Assembly: GCA_040905565.1 (NCBI GenBank)
Contig: JBBDRF010000092.1
Span: 32,001 to 96,000 of the forward strand
Direction of reading: 5' to 3'
Source: Phycisphaeraceae bacterium
GTDB lineage: Bacteria; Planctomycetota; Phycisphaerae; Phycisphaerales; Zrk34
DNA: 64,000 nt
Shown here: positions 9,909 to 18,288 of the stretch, one piece after another
How positions within the stretch are numbered: the stretch's first letter is position 1
Layout: every line of letters starts with the position of its first letter
Program-made: the position numbers and the translations under genes
The notes under the pieces: generated by a model
What the model was told of the DNA's origin: nothing
Database searches by the model: none
Seen by the model: the letters and a program-made list of their open reading frames with translations, nothing else

Positions 9909-10229
9909 TCAGCCTTTGAGCGCGGCCCAGGCATCGGCGTCGAGCGTGTGTTTGCGTCGGAAAAGCAGCACGATCAGGCCCAGGGCGAGGGCGGCTTCGG
10001 CGGCGGCGATGGTCAGCACGAAGATGACAAACACCTGTCCGTCGAAGTTCAGGTGGTATCGGCTGAAGGCGATAAGCGTGATGATAATGCCCTGAAACAT
10101 CATTTCCGTGCAGAGGAACATCACGATGAGGTTCCGCCGGGCGATGAAGCCGATCACGCCGAGCGAGAACAGCAGCGCGCCGGTGAAGAGGAAGTGATTG
10201 AGGGTGATGAAGTCGATCGTGCCGCTCAT
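9909..10229 (-). CDS. nuoK: NADH-quinone oxidoreductase subunit K
   Basis: RRNLIVMFLCTEMM, GQVFVIFVLTIAAAEAALALG. Confidence 0.96.
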   Translation of the reverse strand: MSGTIDFITLNHFLFTGALLFSLGVIGFIARRNLIVMFLCTEMMFQGIIITLIAFSRYHLNFDGQVFVIFVLTIAAAEAALALGLIVLLFRRKHTLDADAWAALKG

Positions 10230-10291
10230 GGTCGGATCAGCCTGAAAAAGGGAACGGTCGGGGACGGAAGCGTGCGAGAGGGGCCTTGGAA

Positions 10292-11218
10292 TCAGGAGGG
10301 CCCGGTCTCCGGCTCAGGTTCGGGCACTTTACGTCGGGCGATGACAATGGCACCGACCATCGCGAGCAGGAGGATCACGCCTGCGAGTTCGATGCCGAGC
10401 GTGTGGCCCTTGAACAGGGCGAGGCCGACGTGGTCGATGTTGTAAATGAATTCGCCGAGGATCTCGTCGTTGAGGGCCACATGGCGGACGCGCGCCCCGC
10501 TGATGGTGCCGTCGGTGGCAATACGGCGGATGCCGACGGTGCCTGCTTCGAGATCGAAATCTTCTTCGTACGCAACCGTTTCGTTTGATTCGATCACGTC
10601 CTGGGCACGAAGGATAGCTTCGAGCTTGGGCAGCGAGATCTTGCCGGGCATGTCGGCTGCGGATTCGGTCACCGTGGTCTGGAAGCGGGGGGAGATCGCG
10701 TCGCTGGGCTGGGTGAACATGGCCGACGCAAGGGCAGCGATCAGGGCCATGCCCATCACGACCGAGAGCATCGGCTCGCGTGCGGTGCGGTCATAGTCGG
10801 GGGCCGAGTCGGGCTCGTGCGAGGACTGTGGCAGCGTGGCGAGCATGATCACGAACATGTAGGTGACCAGGATCGCGCCGCCGTAGATCAGGATCATCGC
10901 AAAGGCCATGAACTCGGCATCAAGCAGGACCAGCATGCCTGCGGAACTGAGCACCACGATGACGAAGTAGAGCGCGCAGTAGACCGGTCTGGGATGGGTG
11001 ATCACCCGTACGCCAGCTGCGGCGGAGATCACCGAGAAGATGTAGTAGTAGGGCGAGGGGTAAGCCTGTGGATCGGGCATGAGCCAGATCAGCAGGCTTC
11101 CGGCGAGCGCGGAAATCGCAAGCACCGCCCCGAGCCGAGGCGAGGACCGCGGGTGAGGCAAGACGAGGTATAAACCCATCGCGCCGAGCGCCGCTGTAAG
11201 AAAAAAGAGGTAACTCAT
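10292..11218 (-). CDS. nuoJ: NADH-quinone oxidoreductase subunit J with a large loop insertion
   Basis: PVYCALYF, AEFMAFAMILIYGGAILVTYMFVIML, ELAGVILLLAMVGAIVIAR; 308 aa. Confidence 0.92.
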   Translation of the reverse strand: MSYLFFLTAALGAMGLYLVLPHPRSSPRLGAVLAISALAGSLLIWLMPDPQAYPSPYYYIFSVISAAAGVRVITHPRPVYCALYFVIVVLSSAGMLVLLDAEFMAFAMILIYGGAILVTYMFVIMLATLPQSSHEPDSAPDYDRTAREPMLSVVMGMALIAALASAMFTQPSDAISPRFQTTVTESAADMPGKISLPKLEAILRAQDVIESNETVAYEEDFDLEAGTVGIRRIATDGTISGARVRHVALNDEILGEFIYNIDHVGLALFKGHTLGIELAGVILLLAMVGAIVIARRKVPEPEPETGPS

Positions 11219-11397
11219 TTGCGTGTCGTGCGTTTCGCCAACAGAGCCACTGTATATGTCCGCCACCCGCGACGCTGCAGGTGTCTGTGAAGATCGTCAC
11301 AATATGGGTTGGCGACACTTTTTTCAACCGGGGCACCGCCCGAGGGTCAGAAAGTATGGCCGGATGAGGCGGTCGCCGCGACCGATCGAGGGCGCGG

Positions 11398-11886
11398 CTA
11401 ACCGGCTGAGGCGGCCGGTGGGGGGGTAGGTGGGGGGTCGTCTTCCGTTGCGGCAGCTTCGGCCCACAGCGCCTGAAGCTGCGGCCCTTTGCCCATCAGG
11501 TCCTCCACGGTCAGATCGTCCAGCACGGCAAGGAAACGCGACTGGGCGTGCTGCAGGACGCCTTTGAGATTGCAGGCCGGGCTGATGGGGCAGGTGTTCG
11601 TGGCATCGTTGAAACACTCGACAAGCTCGAAGTGAGGCTCAGTCTGACGGACGACCTGCCCAAGGTTGATCTGGTTTTTCGGGACCGCCAGTTGCAGACC
11701 GCCGTTGCGGCCACGGACCGATCGCACCAGCTTCAGCTTCACCAGCAAGTGTGCCACCTTGACCATGTGATGGCGGGAAGTGCGGTAGGCGCGGGCGATC
11801 TGCGAGACGCTCACCGTCTGGTCCTCGTGAACGGCAAGGTAAAGCAGAATGCGAAGCGCATAATCAGAAAATAACGTCAACTGCAT
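11398..11886 (-). CDS. nsrR: Rrf2-family NO-sensing repressor (NsrR-like)
   Basis: MQLTLFSDYALRILLYL, HMVKV, SVRGRNGGLQL, three-Cys pattern ECFNDATNTCPISPACNL; divergent from a globin. Confidence 0.85.
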   Translation of the reverse strand: MQLTLFSDYALRILLYLAVHEDQTVSVSQIARAYRTSRHHMVKVAHLLVKLKLVRSVRGRNGGLQLAVPKNQINLGQVVRQTEPHFELVECFNDATNTCPISPACNLKGVLQHAQSRFLAVLDDLTVEDLMGKGPQLQALWAEAAATEDDPPPTPPPAASAG

Positions 11887-12032
11887 CGTTCGAAGGTTCT
11901 CGCTGTGGGGAAGGGAGGCGGCATTGTAAGCGCAAATCAGTGGCATGACGAAGAGCGGGAGATCACCGGCTTGGGCGGCAAGGGCTCCTGAGGCGCCGTG
12001 AAAAAAAAGAGTGTTTTCTAACAGGTAGCGCA

Positions 12033-12079
12033 TTGACACACGGCGGTGTGTATGTAAATATGTACGCAAGATACTACTT
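12033..12079 (+). promoter_or_regulatory. Sigma70-type promoter (TTGACA) with an overlapping NsrR-like 11-1-11 operator
   Basis: TTGACA at 12033-12038, AT-rich -10 region near 12055-12061; AATATGTACGC-A-AGATACTACTT (12057-12079) resembles the NsrR consensus AAGATGYATTT-N-AAATRCATCTT. Confidence 0.6.
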
Positions 12080-12094
12080 TTCAAGAAAGGTCCT

Positions 12095-12463
12095 ATGATG
12101 ACAACGCTCTACGACAAACTTGGCGGCGAACCGGCGATGCAGGCAGCGGTCGAAATCTTCTATCGCAAGATGCTGATGGACGACCGGGTGGCTTCGTTCT
12201 TTGACGATACGGATATGGAAGGCCAGATGGCCAAGCAGAAGGCGTTTCTGACGATGGCTGCTGGCGGCCCGAGCGCGTACACCGGCCGCGACATGCGGAG
12301 TGCTCACGCACCGCTGGTTGAGCGGGGCCTGAACGACGAGCATGTGGACGTGGTGGTCGAGCATCTTGGGGCCACGCTTAGCGAACTGGGCGTCGAGCAG
12401 CCGTTGATCGACGAAGTGGCAGCACTGTGCGAGAGCGTCCGCGACGACGTGCTGTGCCGGTGA
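12095..12463 (+). CDS. Group 1 truncated hemoglobin (trHbN/GlbN-like)
   Basis: TLYDKLGG, FYRKMLMDDRVASFF, KQKAFL..A.GGP..YTGRDMRSAH. Confidence 0.93.
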   Translation: MMTTLYDKLGGEPAMQAAVEIFYRKMLMDDRVASFFDDTDMEGQMAKQKAFLTMAAGGPSAYTGRDMRSAHAPLVERGLNDEHVDVVVEHLGATLSELGVEQPLIDEVAALCESVRDDVLCR

Positions 12464-12529
12464 GTGTTGAACGCACGCTCTAGAGCGTGGGCTTTTGGGA
12501 ACCCCGTAAGGTGGGGGGGGGAGGTTGTG

Positions 12530-13627
12530 ATGGCGAAGGTCTATCTGGGCGACGGAAACGGCATCGAGGTTGAGCCCGATCAGACGGTGCTCGATGCGTT
12601 GCTGGACAGCGGCGAGAAGGTGCCTCATTCATGCAAGGCCGGTAGCTGTCAGTCGTGTTTGATGCGTGCGGTGGACGGCGAGCTTTCGGGCAAGTCGCAG
12701 CAGGGTATTAAGCCGACGCTCCGGGCGCAGGGGTATTTCCTGGCGTGCATGGAGAAACCGAGCGACGATCTGCGTGTCTCGGTGGGCCAGGCGGAAGCGT
12801 TGAGCGTGGCTGCGTCGGTCGTCAGCGTTGAGCCGTTGTCCGCGGACGTGGTGAAGCTGACGATCGACCCGTCGGAGGATCTGGACTATCGGCCGGGGCA
12901 GTTTCTGAACCTGGTCCGCCGAGAGGATGGGCTGGTGCGCAGCTACTCCATCGCCAGTGTGCCGGGCTGGGACAGTTTTGCTGACCGTGCTGCGATCGAA
13001 GTGGAAGCAGGAAGCGAAGCCGTCGAGGGCGAGGTGGCGAGCGGCACCCGTCAAGGGTCAGGCACCTCAACGGGACAGGTGGGTGGGGGGGTTGAGATGC
13101 ATGTGAGGCGGTTGCCGGGTGGGCGGATGAGCAACTGGATTGCTTCGGAGCTGCGTGAAGGCGACGGGCTTGATGTGCGTGGGCCGGCTGGCGAGTGTTT
13201 CTACATGCCCGGCGAGCCCGAGCAGCCGCTGCTTCTGGCGGGGACGGGGACGGGGCTGGCTCCGCTGTGGGGGATCGTGCGCGATGCGCTTCAGCAGGGG
13301 CATACCGGCGAGATCGTGCTGTATCACGGTGCGTTGAACGCCGACGGGCTGTACATGGTGGACGAGCTTCAGGCGCTGGCAGCGGCTCATCCGAACGTGA
13401 CGTATCGCCGGTGTTTGCTGAACGGTGAAGCCGACGCGGAAGGCGGGTGCACGATCGGCCGCATCGATCAGGCGATTCTGCAGGATCAACCGAGCCTGAA
13501 GGGCTGGCGTGTGTTTCTGTGTGGCGACCCCGGGCTGGTCAACGCGATGCGGAAGAAGGTCTTCCTGGCCGGCGCCTCGATGCAGGCCATTTACGCCGAC
13601 GCGTTCTTAACGGCGAAGCCGGAGTAG
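12530..13627 (+). CDS. 2Fe-2S ferredoxin / FAD / NAD(P)H oxidoreductase
   Basis: CKAGSCQSC...LAC cluster ligands; YRPGQF, RSYSIAS, GGRMS, GTGTGLAP, FLCG. Confidence 0.92.
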   Translation: MAKVYLGDGNGIEVEPDQTVLDALLDSGEKVPHSCKAGSCQSCLMRAVDGELSGKSQQGIKPTLRAQGYFLACMEKPSDDLRVSVGQAEALSVAASVVSVEPLSADVVKLTIDPSEDLDYRPGQFLNLVRREDGLVRSYSIASVPGWDSFADRAAIEVEAGSEAVEGEVASGTRQGSGTSTGQVGGGVEMHVRRLPGGRMSNWIASELREGDGLDVRGPAGECFYMPGEPEQPLLLAGTGTGLAPLWGIVRDALQQGHTGEIVLYHGALNADGLYMVDELQALAAAHPNVTYRRCLLNGEADAEGGCTIGRIDQAILQDQPSLKGWRVFLCGDPGLVNAMRKKVFLAGASMQAIYADAFLTAKPE

Positions 13628-13693
13628 GAAGACTCAACCGCGGGTGTGGCTCGGTCGTGGGCGCAGCAAGTGGATGAGGCACGCTGTTGGCAA

Positions 13694-13889
13694 CGAGCCG
13701 CGCACGTGAATAACCGTTTGTGCGTCCGACCAGAGTTCACCGCAAACGGCCGTGCACAACCGCGTTCTTACCAGTCTATTTCATCTTTTGCGTAAGTCGT
13801 TGATTTTCGCCGGTAGCCGAGGCCTCCACTCGTATGCAAGGCGCGCAAAGTCTTTACGCACAACCGCTCCCTTACGGTCGCGGCTCGTA
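13694..13889. repeat. Inverted pair of REP-like elements (family A, AGCCGCGACCGTAAGGGAGCGG-type)
   Basis: acgagccgcgcacgtgaataaccgtttgtgcgt (from 13694) is an inverted diverged copy of the 13855-13889 element; 13859-13889 is identical over 31 bp to 53510-53540. Confidence 0.8.
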
Positions 13890-13924
13890 TTCAGCGCTGA
13901 GGGAGATCTAAGCGGTGTTGGCTA

Positions 13925-14551
13925 TCACTCGATGTTGCCGCGATCGGGGGCGAGCTTCATGAGGGTGGGCATCATGTAGTTGGCACCGCGGTAGAGGTAG
14001 ATCTGGCCTGAGAGGACGAAGACGACGGAGTCGCCGTGCTGGGTGACGATTTCTTCCATGTCCTCCAGCAGCTGGCAGGGCATGAGGTACATCGGCGGGT
14101 CCTGCATGCCTGAACCGTCGGCGTCGAAGACGAAGGCCCAGCCGGAGACGTCGCCTGGCACGCGGACCATACGGCCGCGACGGGTGATCACGAACTGTCC
14201 CTCACGCCGAAGCGACGCTTCGGAGGCCCCGGGGGCGACGCCTGCCAATGCGCGGGCGGCGGAGGATTTGCTTTCGCCTTCGCCGTTGGCTGAGGGATCA
14301 CGCTCGCGGCTGGGTTCGATCAGCGGATTCTCCGAACGACGACGCAGCAGATCCTGCAGCACATCGTCCGCGGAGGGTTGCTCGGCCGCTTCGTCGGCTT
14401 GCGGAGCGTCCTGCTCGGCGGGTTGTTCGGTATTTGCTTCGGCGGGGGCCTCGGTGTCGCGTTCGGCATCCTGAGCGAAACTGGGGGCCAGGTAGACCAA
14501 CAGCATGACCAGCGCGGCGGTGAAGAAACTGAAAACGGTGGTGCGATTCAT
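13925..14551 (-). CDS. Secreted hypothetical protein
   Basis: Signal peptide ending SFA-Q, acidic linker, compact C-terminal domain (REGQFVITRRGR...LMPCQLLEDME...LSGQIYLYRGANY). Confidence 0.7.
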   Translation of the reverse strand: MNRTTVFSFFTAALVMLLVYLAPSFAQDAERDTEAPAEANTEQPAEQDAPQADEAAEQPSADDVLQDLLRRRSENPLIEPSRERDPSANGEGESKSSAARALAGVAPGASEASLRREGQFVITRRGRMVRVPGDVSGWAFVFDADGSGMQDPPMYLMPCQLLEDMEEIVTQHGDSVVFVLSGQIYLYRGANYMMPTLMKLAPDRGNIE

Positions 14552-14636
14552 GGCAGACTCCGTTCGATCCTGTCAGAGAGCAACATTACGCAGCGACGGC
14601 GGAGCGAACCACTGCGAGGGGATTGAGAGCTTGAGT

Positions 14637-15761
14637 TCATCCGCGACGCGGTCGACGGGGGGAGGGACCGGAGCCGCGACCGCCTTCGGGGTGGTCTGAG
14701 CCGACGGCGGCTGGGGAGCCGTCGCCGTTGGTATCGCCAGCGTGCTCGGCGGCGCGGCCAAAGATCATCCGGCCGGCCGAGGTCTGCAGCACACTGGTCA
14801 CGGTGAGGGCGATCTCCCGGCCGATGTTTGCCCGGGCATGCTCGACCACGACCATCGTGCCGTCTTCAAGATAACCCACGCCCTGCCCGGCACTTTCCCC
14901 AGCCTTCACAATCTGCACCTTCAGGCCCTCGCCCGGCAGCACGACCGGCCTCAGGGCCTCGGCGAGACTGTTGATGTTGACCACGTCGACGTCGCGGACC
15001 TCCGCGATCTTCGCGAGGTTGTAATCGGTCGTCACGATCCGCCCACGCAGCTCCTCGGCCAGCGCGATCAGCTTCTGATCCACCGTGGCGCCCTCTGTGT
15101 CGTGATCATGAATGCTGACTTCCACTGTGGGGTCCGATTGCAGCTTGCTGACGATATCCAGCCCGCGCCGACCGCGGGCCCGCTTGAGCTTATCGGCTGA
15201 ATCGGCGACGCCCTGTAGCTCGTTCAGCACAAATCTCGGCACAACGAGCAAACCCTGTAGCATCCGCGTCTGGGCGACGTCGTGGATGCGGCCGTCGATC
15301 AACGCACTCGAGTCCAGCAGCATCGGCCGGTTCCCACGGATCTGCTTGGCGAATTCGACGTAAGGCAGCACGAAGCGGAAATCGTCCTTCGTCTGCAAAA
15401 CCAGCGAGATGGCGGCATAGACGAAAACCACACCCGCGAAAACCTTGGCGCCCTGGATCAATTCCTCCGGCGCGTTGGGGAAGACCAGGTGAAAGAAATC
15501 CATCAGGAAGCTGAAGGCGTAAGCGGCGGTCATGCCCGCGAGCAACCCCAGCAGCACGCCTGAGAGGGCGGAAAGCTTCTTGCGCGGCGTGGCCCAGTCG
15601 ACGCCCACGATCAGGGCGGAGATGGATAGCGCCACGGTGATGGTCAGCACCACGTCCCGCATAAGAAATTCTGCGGAACCCTCGGCAAGACTCACGGTGT
15701 AGAGCGCAGCGACGACCGCGCTCATGACGATGAACAGACCGCGTAGGAGCAATAGAATCAT
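14637..15761 (-). CDS. Membrane PIN/TRAM-domain protein (YacL-like)
   Basis: 4 TM helices; LLDSSALIDGRI, RGRRGLD, VTTDYNL; TRAM GQGVGYLEDGTMVVVE, LQTSAGRMIF. Confidence 0.92.
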   Translation of the reverse strand: MILLLLRGLFIVMSAVVAALYTVSLAEGSAEFLMRDVVLTITVALSISALIVGVDWATPRKKLSALSGVLLGLLAGMTAAYAFSFLMDFFHLVFPNAPEELIQGAKVFAGVVFVYAAISLVLQTKDDFRFVLPYVEFAKQIRGNRPMLLDSSALIDGRIHDVAQTRMLQGLLVVPRFVLNELQGVADSADKLKRARGRRGLDIVSKLQSDPTVEVSIHDHDTEGATVDQKLIALAEELRGRIVTTDYNLAKIAEVRDVDVVNINSLAEALRPVVLPGEGLKVQIVKAGESAGQGVGYLEDGTMVVVEHARANIGREIALTVTSVLQTSAGRMIFGRAAEHAGDTNGDGSPAAVGSDHPEGGRGSGPSPRRPRRG

Positions 15762-15989
15762 GTGCCGAGGCTCCCGAGCGTTGTCCTGATGGCAACGACT
15801 GCGTACGACCGGCGAAAAAACCCGGCTGCGAACTGAAGCGCGAGCGAACGTCTTCAATGGCTGATGCGGTTGCCGAGGTGACGCTCTGCCACGCTGTGAT
15901 TCAGACTGACACGACTGACCGGGCGGTGACGCTTCCCGCTTGCCGATTTCCGGGGCCGATGTTTGCCGAAAACCCCTGTGGCCGCTCGC

Positions 15990-16017
15990 TTGCCTTCAGC
16001 CATGGCCATGTTACACT
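15990..16017 (+). promoter_or_regulatory. Probable tig promoter (TTGCCT-16-TACACT with extended -10 TG)
   Basis: TTGCCT at 15990-15995; TGtTACACT at 16009-16017. Confidence 0.5.
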
Positions 16018-16036
16018 GCTTGAACTTTGAAAACCA

Positions 16037-16174
16037 GCCCGTCGAGGTACCGGTCCTGACAGCGTGTCGGGGCCAGGCGTCGGTCGATGGGCGGCGGTAA
16101 CAGGCCACCCTCAAGGGTCCGTTCCGACGCTCACATCGTCGGATCGACAGCCCGATCAGGTGGCCTTTTTTTTT
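16037..16174 (+). ncRNA. Structured RNA / attenuator-like leader upstream of tig (family unknown)
   Basis: Two long hairpins (16037-16092, 16102-16166) followed by T9; alternative pairing is possible. Confidence 0.45.
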
Positions 16175-16210
16175 GCGACGGCAACACGCTCTGACCCTCA
16201 GGATACGAAC

Positions 16211-17704
16211 ATGGCCCACGACCACGACCACGATCATGACACCGCCACCGCCGACTTCGAGGCTGGGGTGAAGATCGAAGATGCCGGCCCAGCCCGGAAG
16301 AAGCTCACCGTCGAGATCCCCGCCGAGGCGATCCAGACCAAGCTCTCCGAAGGCTTCGAGGCCCTCAAAGACGAAGCGACCATCCCCGGCTTCCGGCGCG
16401 GCCGCGTGCCGATGCGGCTGCTGGAGAAACGCTTCGGCACCGACGTCCGCAAGGAAACGCTCAACCAGCTGCTCGGTGAAGCTTACTCGCAGGCCGTCGA
16501 AAAGAACGAGCTTCGCGTGCTGGGCGAGCCTGAAATCAAGGACATGGAGAAGATCGAACTCCCGGACGACGGCCCCTTGAGCTTCGAGGCTGAGGTCGAG
16601 GTCGTCCCCGAGGTCAAGCTTCCGGACATTGCAAAGCTTGAGGTCAAGAAACCCGCCGTCGAGGTGGCTGACGATCGCATCGACAGTGAGCTTGAGCGCT
16701 ACCGCGAGATGTACGGCAGCCCGAAGACGGTGTCCGAGACCGACTACAACGACTTCGTCACCGCCGACGTTGAAGTGCGTGACGCTGAGGGCGAGGTGGT
16801 TCAGGAATCGCCTCAGACGCAGATGCTGGTGCCGGGCGAGCAGCGGAAGTTCAAGGGCGTCGTGGCGGGCATCGTCGTCGATGACCTCGGCAAGAAGCTG
16901 GTGAACAAGAAGGCTGGCGAAACGATCACGCTGGAAGTCACCGGCCCTGCGCAGCACGAAGTCGAAGCGATGCGTGACGCGAAGCTGACCGTCGACATCG
17001 CCATCAACAGCGTTCAGCGCCAGCAGCCGATGCCGATGGAAGAGCTGATCGAAGCGGCGGGCGTGGAGAACGAAGAAGAACTGCGGACGCAGCTTCGCGA
17101 GCGCCTCGAGCAGCAGGCCGAGGCTGAGCAGAAGCAGGCGATGGGCTCGCAGGTTGTCGACTTCCTCCTGGACAACGTGGACATGGAACTGCCCGAGCGG
17201 CTTACCGCTCGCCAGGCCGGCCAGGTGCTACAGCGTCAGGCGATGGAGATGATGTACCGCGGTGCGACGCAGGAAGACATCGAAAATCAGCTGGCTGAGC
17301 TTCGTGCTGCTTCTGAGGAAGACGCCCAGCGGGAGCTGAAGGTGCTGTTCATTCTCGAGGCCGTCGCGCGTGAGCATGAGATTGATGTGGATGAAGCGGA
17401 AGTCAACGGCCGCGTCTTCCAGATGGCGATGCAGCAGAACCGCAGGCCCGAGCGCGTGCGTGAGGAGATGCAGCAGAACGGCCAGCTGAATCAGATCTTC
17501 GTCCAGCTTCGCGAGCAGAAGGCCATCGAAAAGCTGCTTGAGCAGGCGAAAGTGACCGAGATCTCCGCTGAGGAGTGGAACAAGCAGCAGGAAGCTGAAG
17601 CGGAAGCCGACGAAAAGAAGAAGCCCGCCAAGACGACCAAGAAGACCGCCAAGGGCTCGAAGAAGAAGGCCGAGGACAAGACCGACGACGCCGAGAAGGA
17701 GTAG
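16211..17704 (+). CDS. tig: Trigger factor
   Basis: Ribosome-binding motif IPGFRRGRVP; FEAEVEVVPEV; C-terminal chaperone domain; His-Asp N-terminus. Confidence 0.95.
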   Translation: MAHDHDHDHDTATADFEAGVKIEDAGPARKKLTVEIPAEAIQTKLSEGFEALKDEATIPGFRRGRVPMRLLEKRFGTDVRKETLNQLLGEAYSQAVEKNELRVLGEPEIKDMEKIELPDDGPLSFEAEVEVVPEVKLPDIAKLEVKKPAVEVADDRIDSELERYREMYGSPKTVSETDYNDFVTADVEVRDAEGEVVQESPQTQMLVPGEQRKFKGVVAGIVVDDLGKKLVNKKAGETITLEVTGPAQHEVEAMRDAKLTVDIAINSVQRQQPMPMEELIEAAGVENEEELRTQLRERLEQQAEAEQKQAMGSQVVDFLLDNVDMELPERLTARQAGQVLQRQAMEMMYRGATQEDIENQLAELRAASEEDAQRELKVLFILEAVAREHEIDVDEAEVNGRVFQMAMQQNRRPERVREEMQQNGQLNQIFVQLREQKAIEKLLEQAKVTEISAEEWNKQQEAEAEADEKKKPAKTTKKTAKGSKKKAEDKTDDAEKE

Positions 17705-17744
17705 CTGCGGATCGGCCTGATGCCGATGTGTAGCGTCTTCATCG

Positions 17745-18113
17745 ATGAACAGCCTGGTGCTCGCAATCAGCTCGAACGTCTGGGACGTCGTCACGTGGAC
17801 GGTCGTCTTCCTGGTGCTGCTGGTGGTCGGCTTCGTCGCCGTCGCAGCGGTGCGCAAGCACTTCCGCGAGGATGACGCACCGAGCGTCGGGGGCATGGGC
17901 TTCACGCTCAACCAGCTTCGGCAGATGCGGCGTGACGGCGAGATCAACGACGAACAGTACGAAAAGCTCCGGCAGCACATCATCGGTAGCGTGGCGGCTG
18001 AAACCGCCGACCCGAAGCCCGACAAGCCCGCCCGGCCACCTTCGCCGAAGGGCAGAAACGGCGACCCGGACGACGGTCCGCAAGACCGCGACCGGGGAGG
18101 ACCGGATAACTAA
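17745..18113 (+). CDS. Small single-TM protein with SHOCT-like helix
   Basis: TM helix, then FTLNQLRQMRRDGEINDEQYEKLR. Confidence 0.7.
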   Translation: MNSLVLAISSNVWDVVTWTVVFLVLLVVGFVAVAAVRKHFREDDAPSVGGMGFTLNQLRQMRRDGEINDEQYEKLRQHIIGSVAAETADPKPDKPARPPSPKGRNGDPDDGPQDRDRGGPDN

Positions 18114-18288
18114 AGGGGTGATTCCACCCCGGTCAACGGGTAGAATAGGGATCGACCGGGGTCAGGTGCCGACCACGTAATCGACGGCGGTGCGACCCCC
18201 TAAAGCCGGCGCGGCAGCAACGGCAGACGTCACGTGCCTGCACAGTTTATACAGACACAATCCCCTCGGATAAGTAGAAAGCAACGAT

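Noticed and set aside
12461..12530. Globin TGA is in frame with the reductase ORF (possible readthrough or selenocysteine fusion)
   Set aside because: Only 22 open codons in GC-rich DNA, which is likely by chance. The globin ends at its normal length, the reductase has its own GGAGG SD, and no SECIS-like hairpin is evident.
14637..15761. PIN domain as a toxin-antitoxin or defence system
   Set aside because: The TM-PIN-TRAM architecture is the widespread YacL-type housekeeping family, with no antitoxin partner.
16037..16174. tRNA gene upstream of tig (7-nt loop CTCACAT looks like an anticodon loop)
   Set aside because: No cloverleaf, T-loop or CCA end; reported instead as an unknown structured leader.
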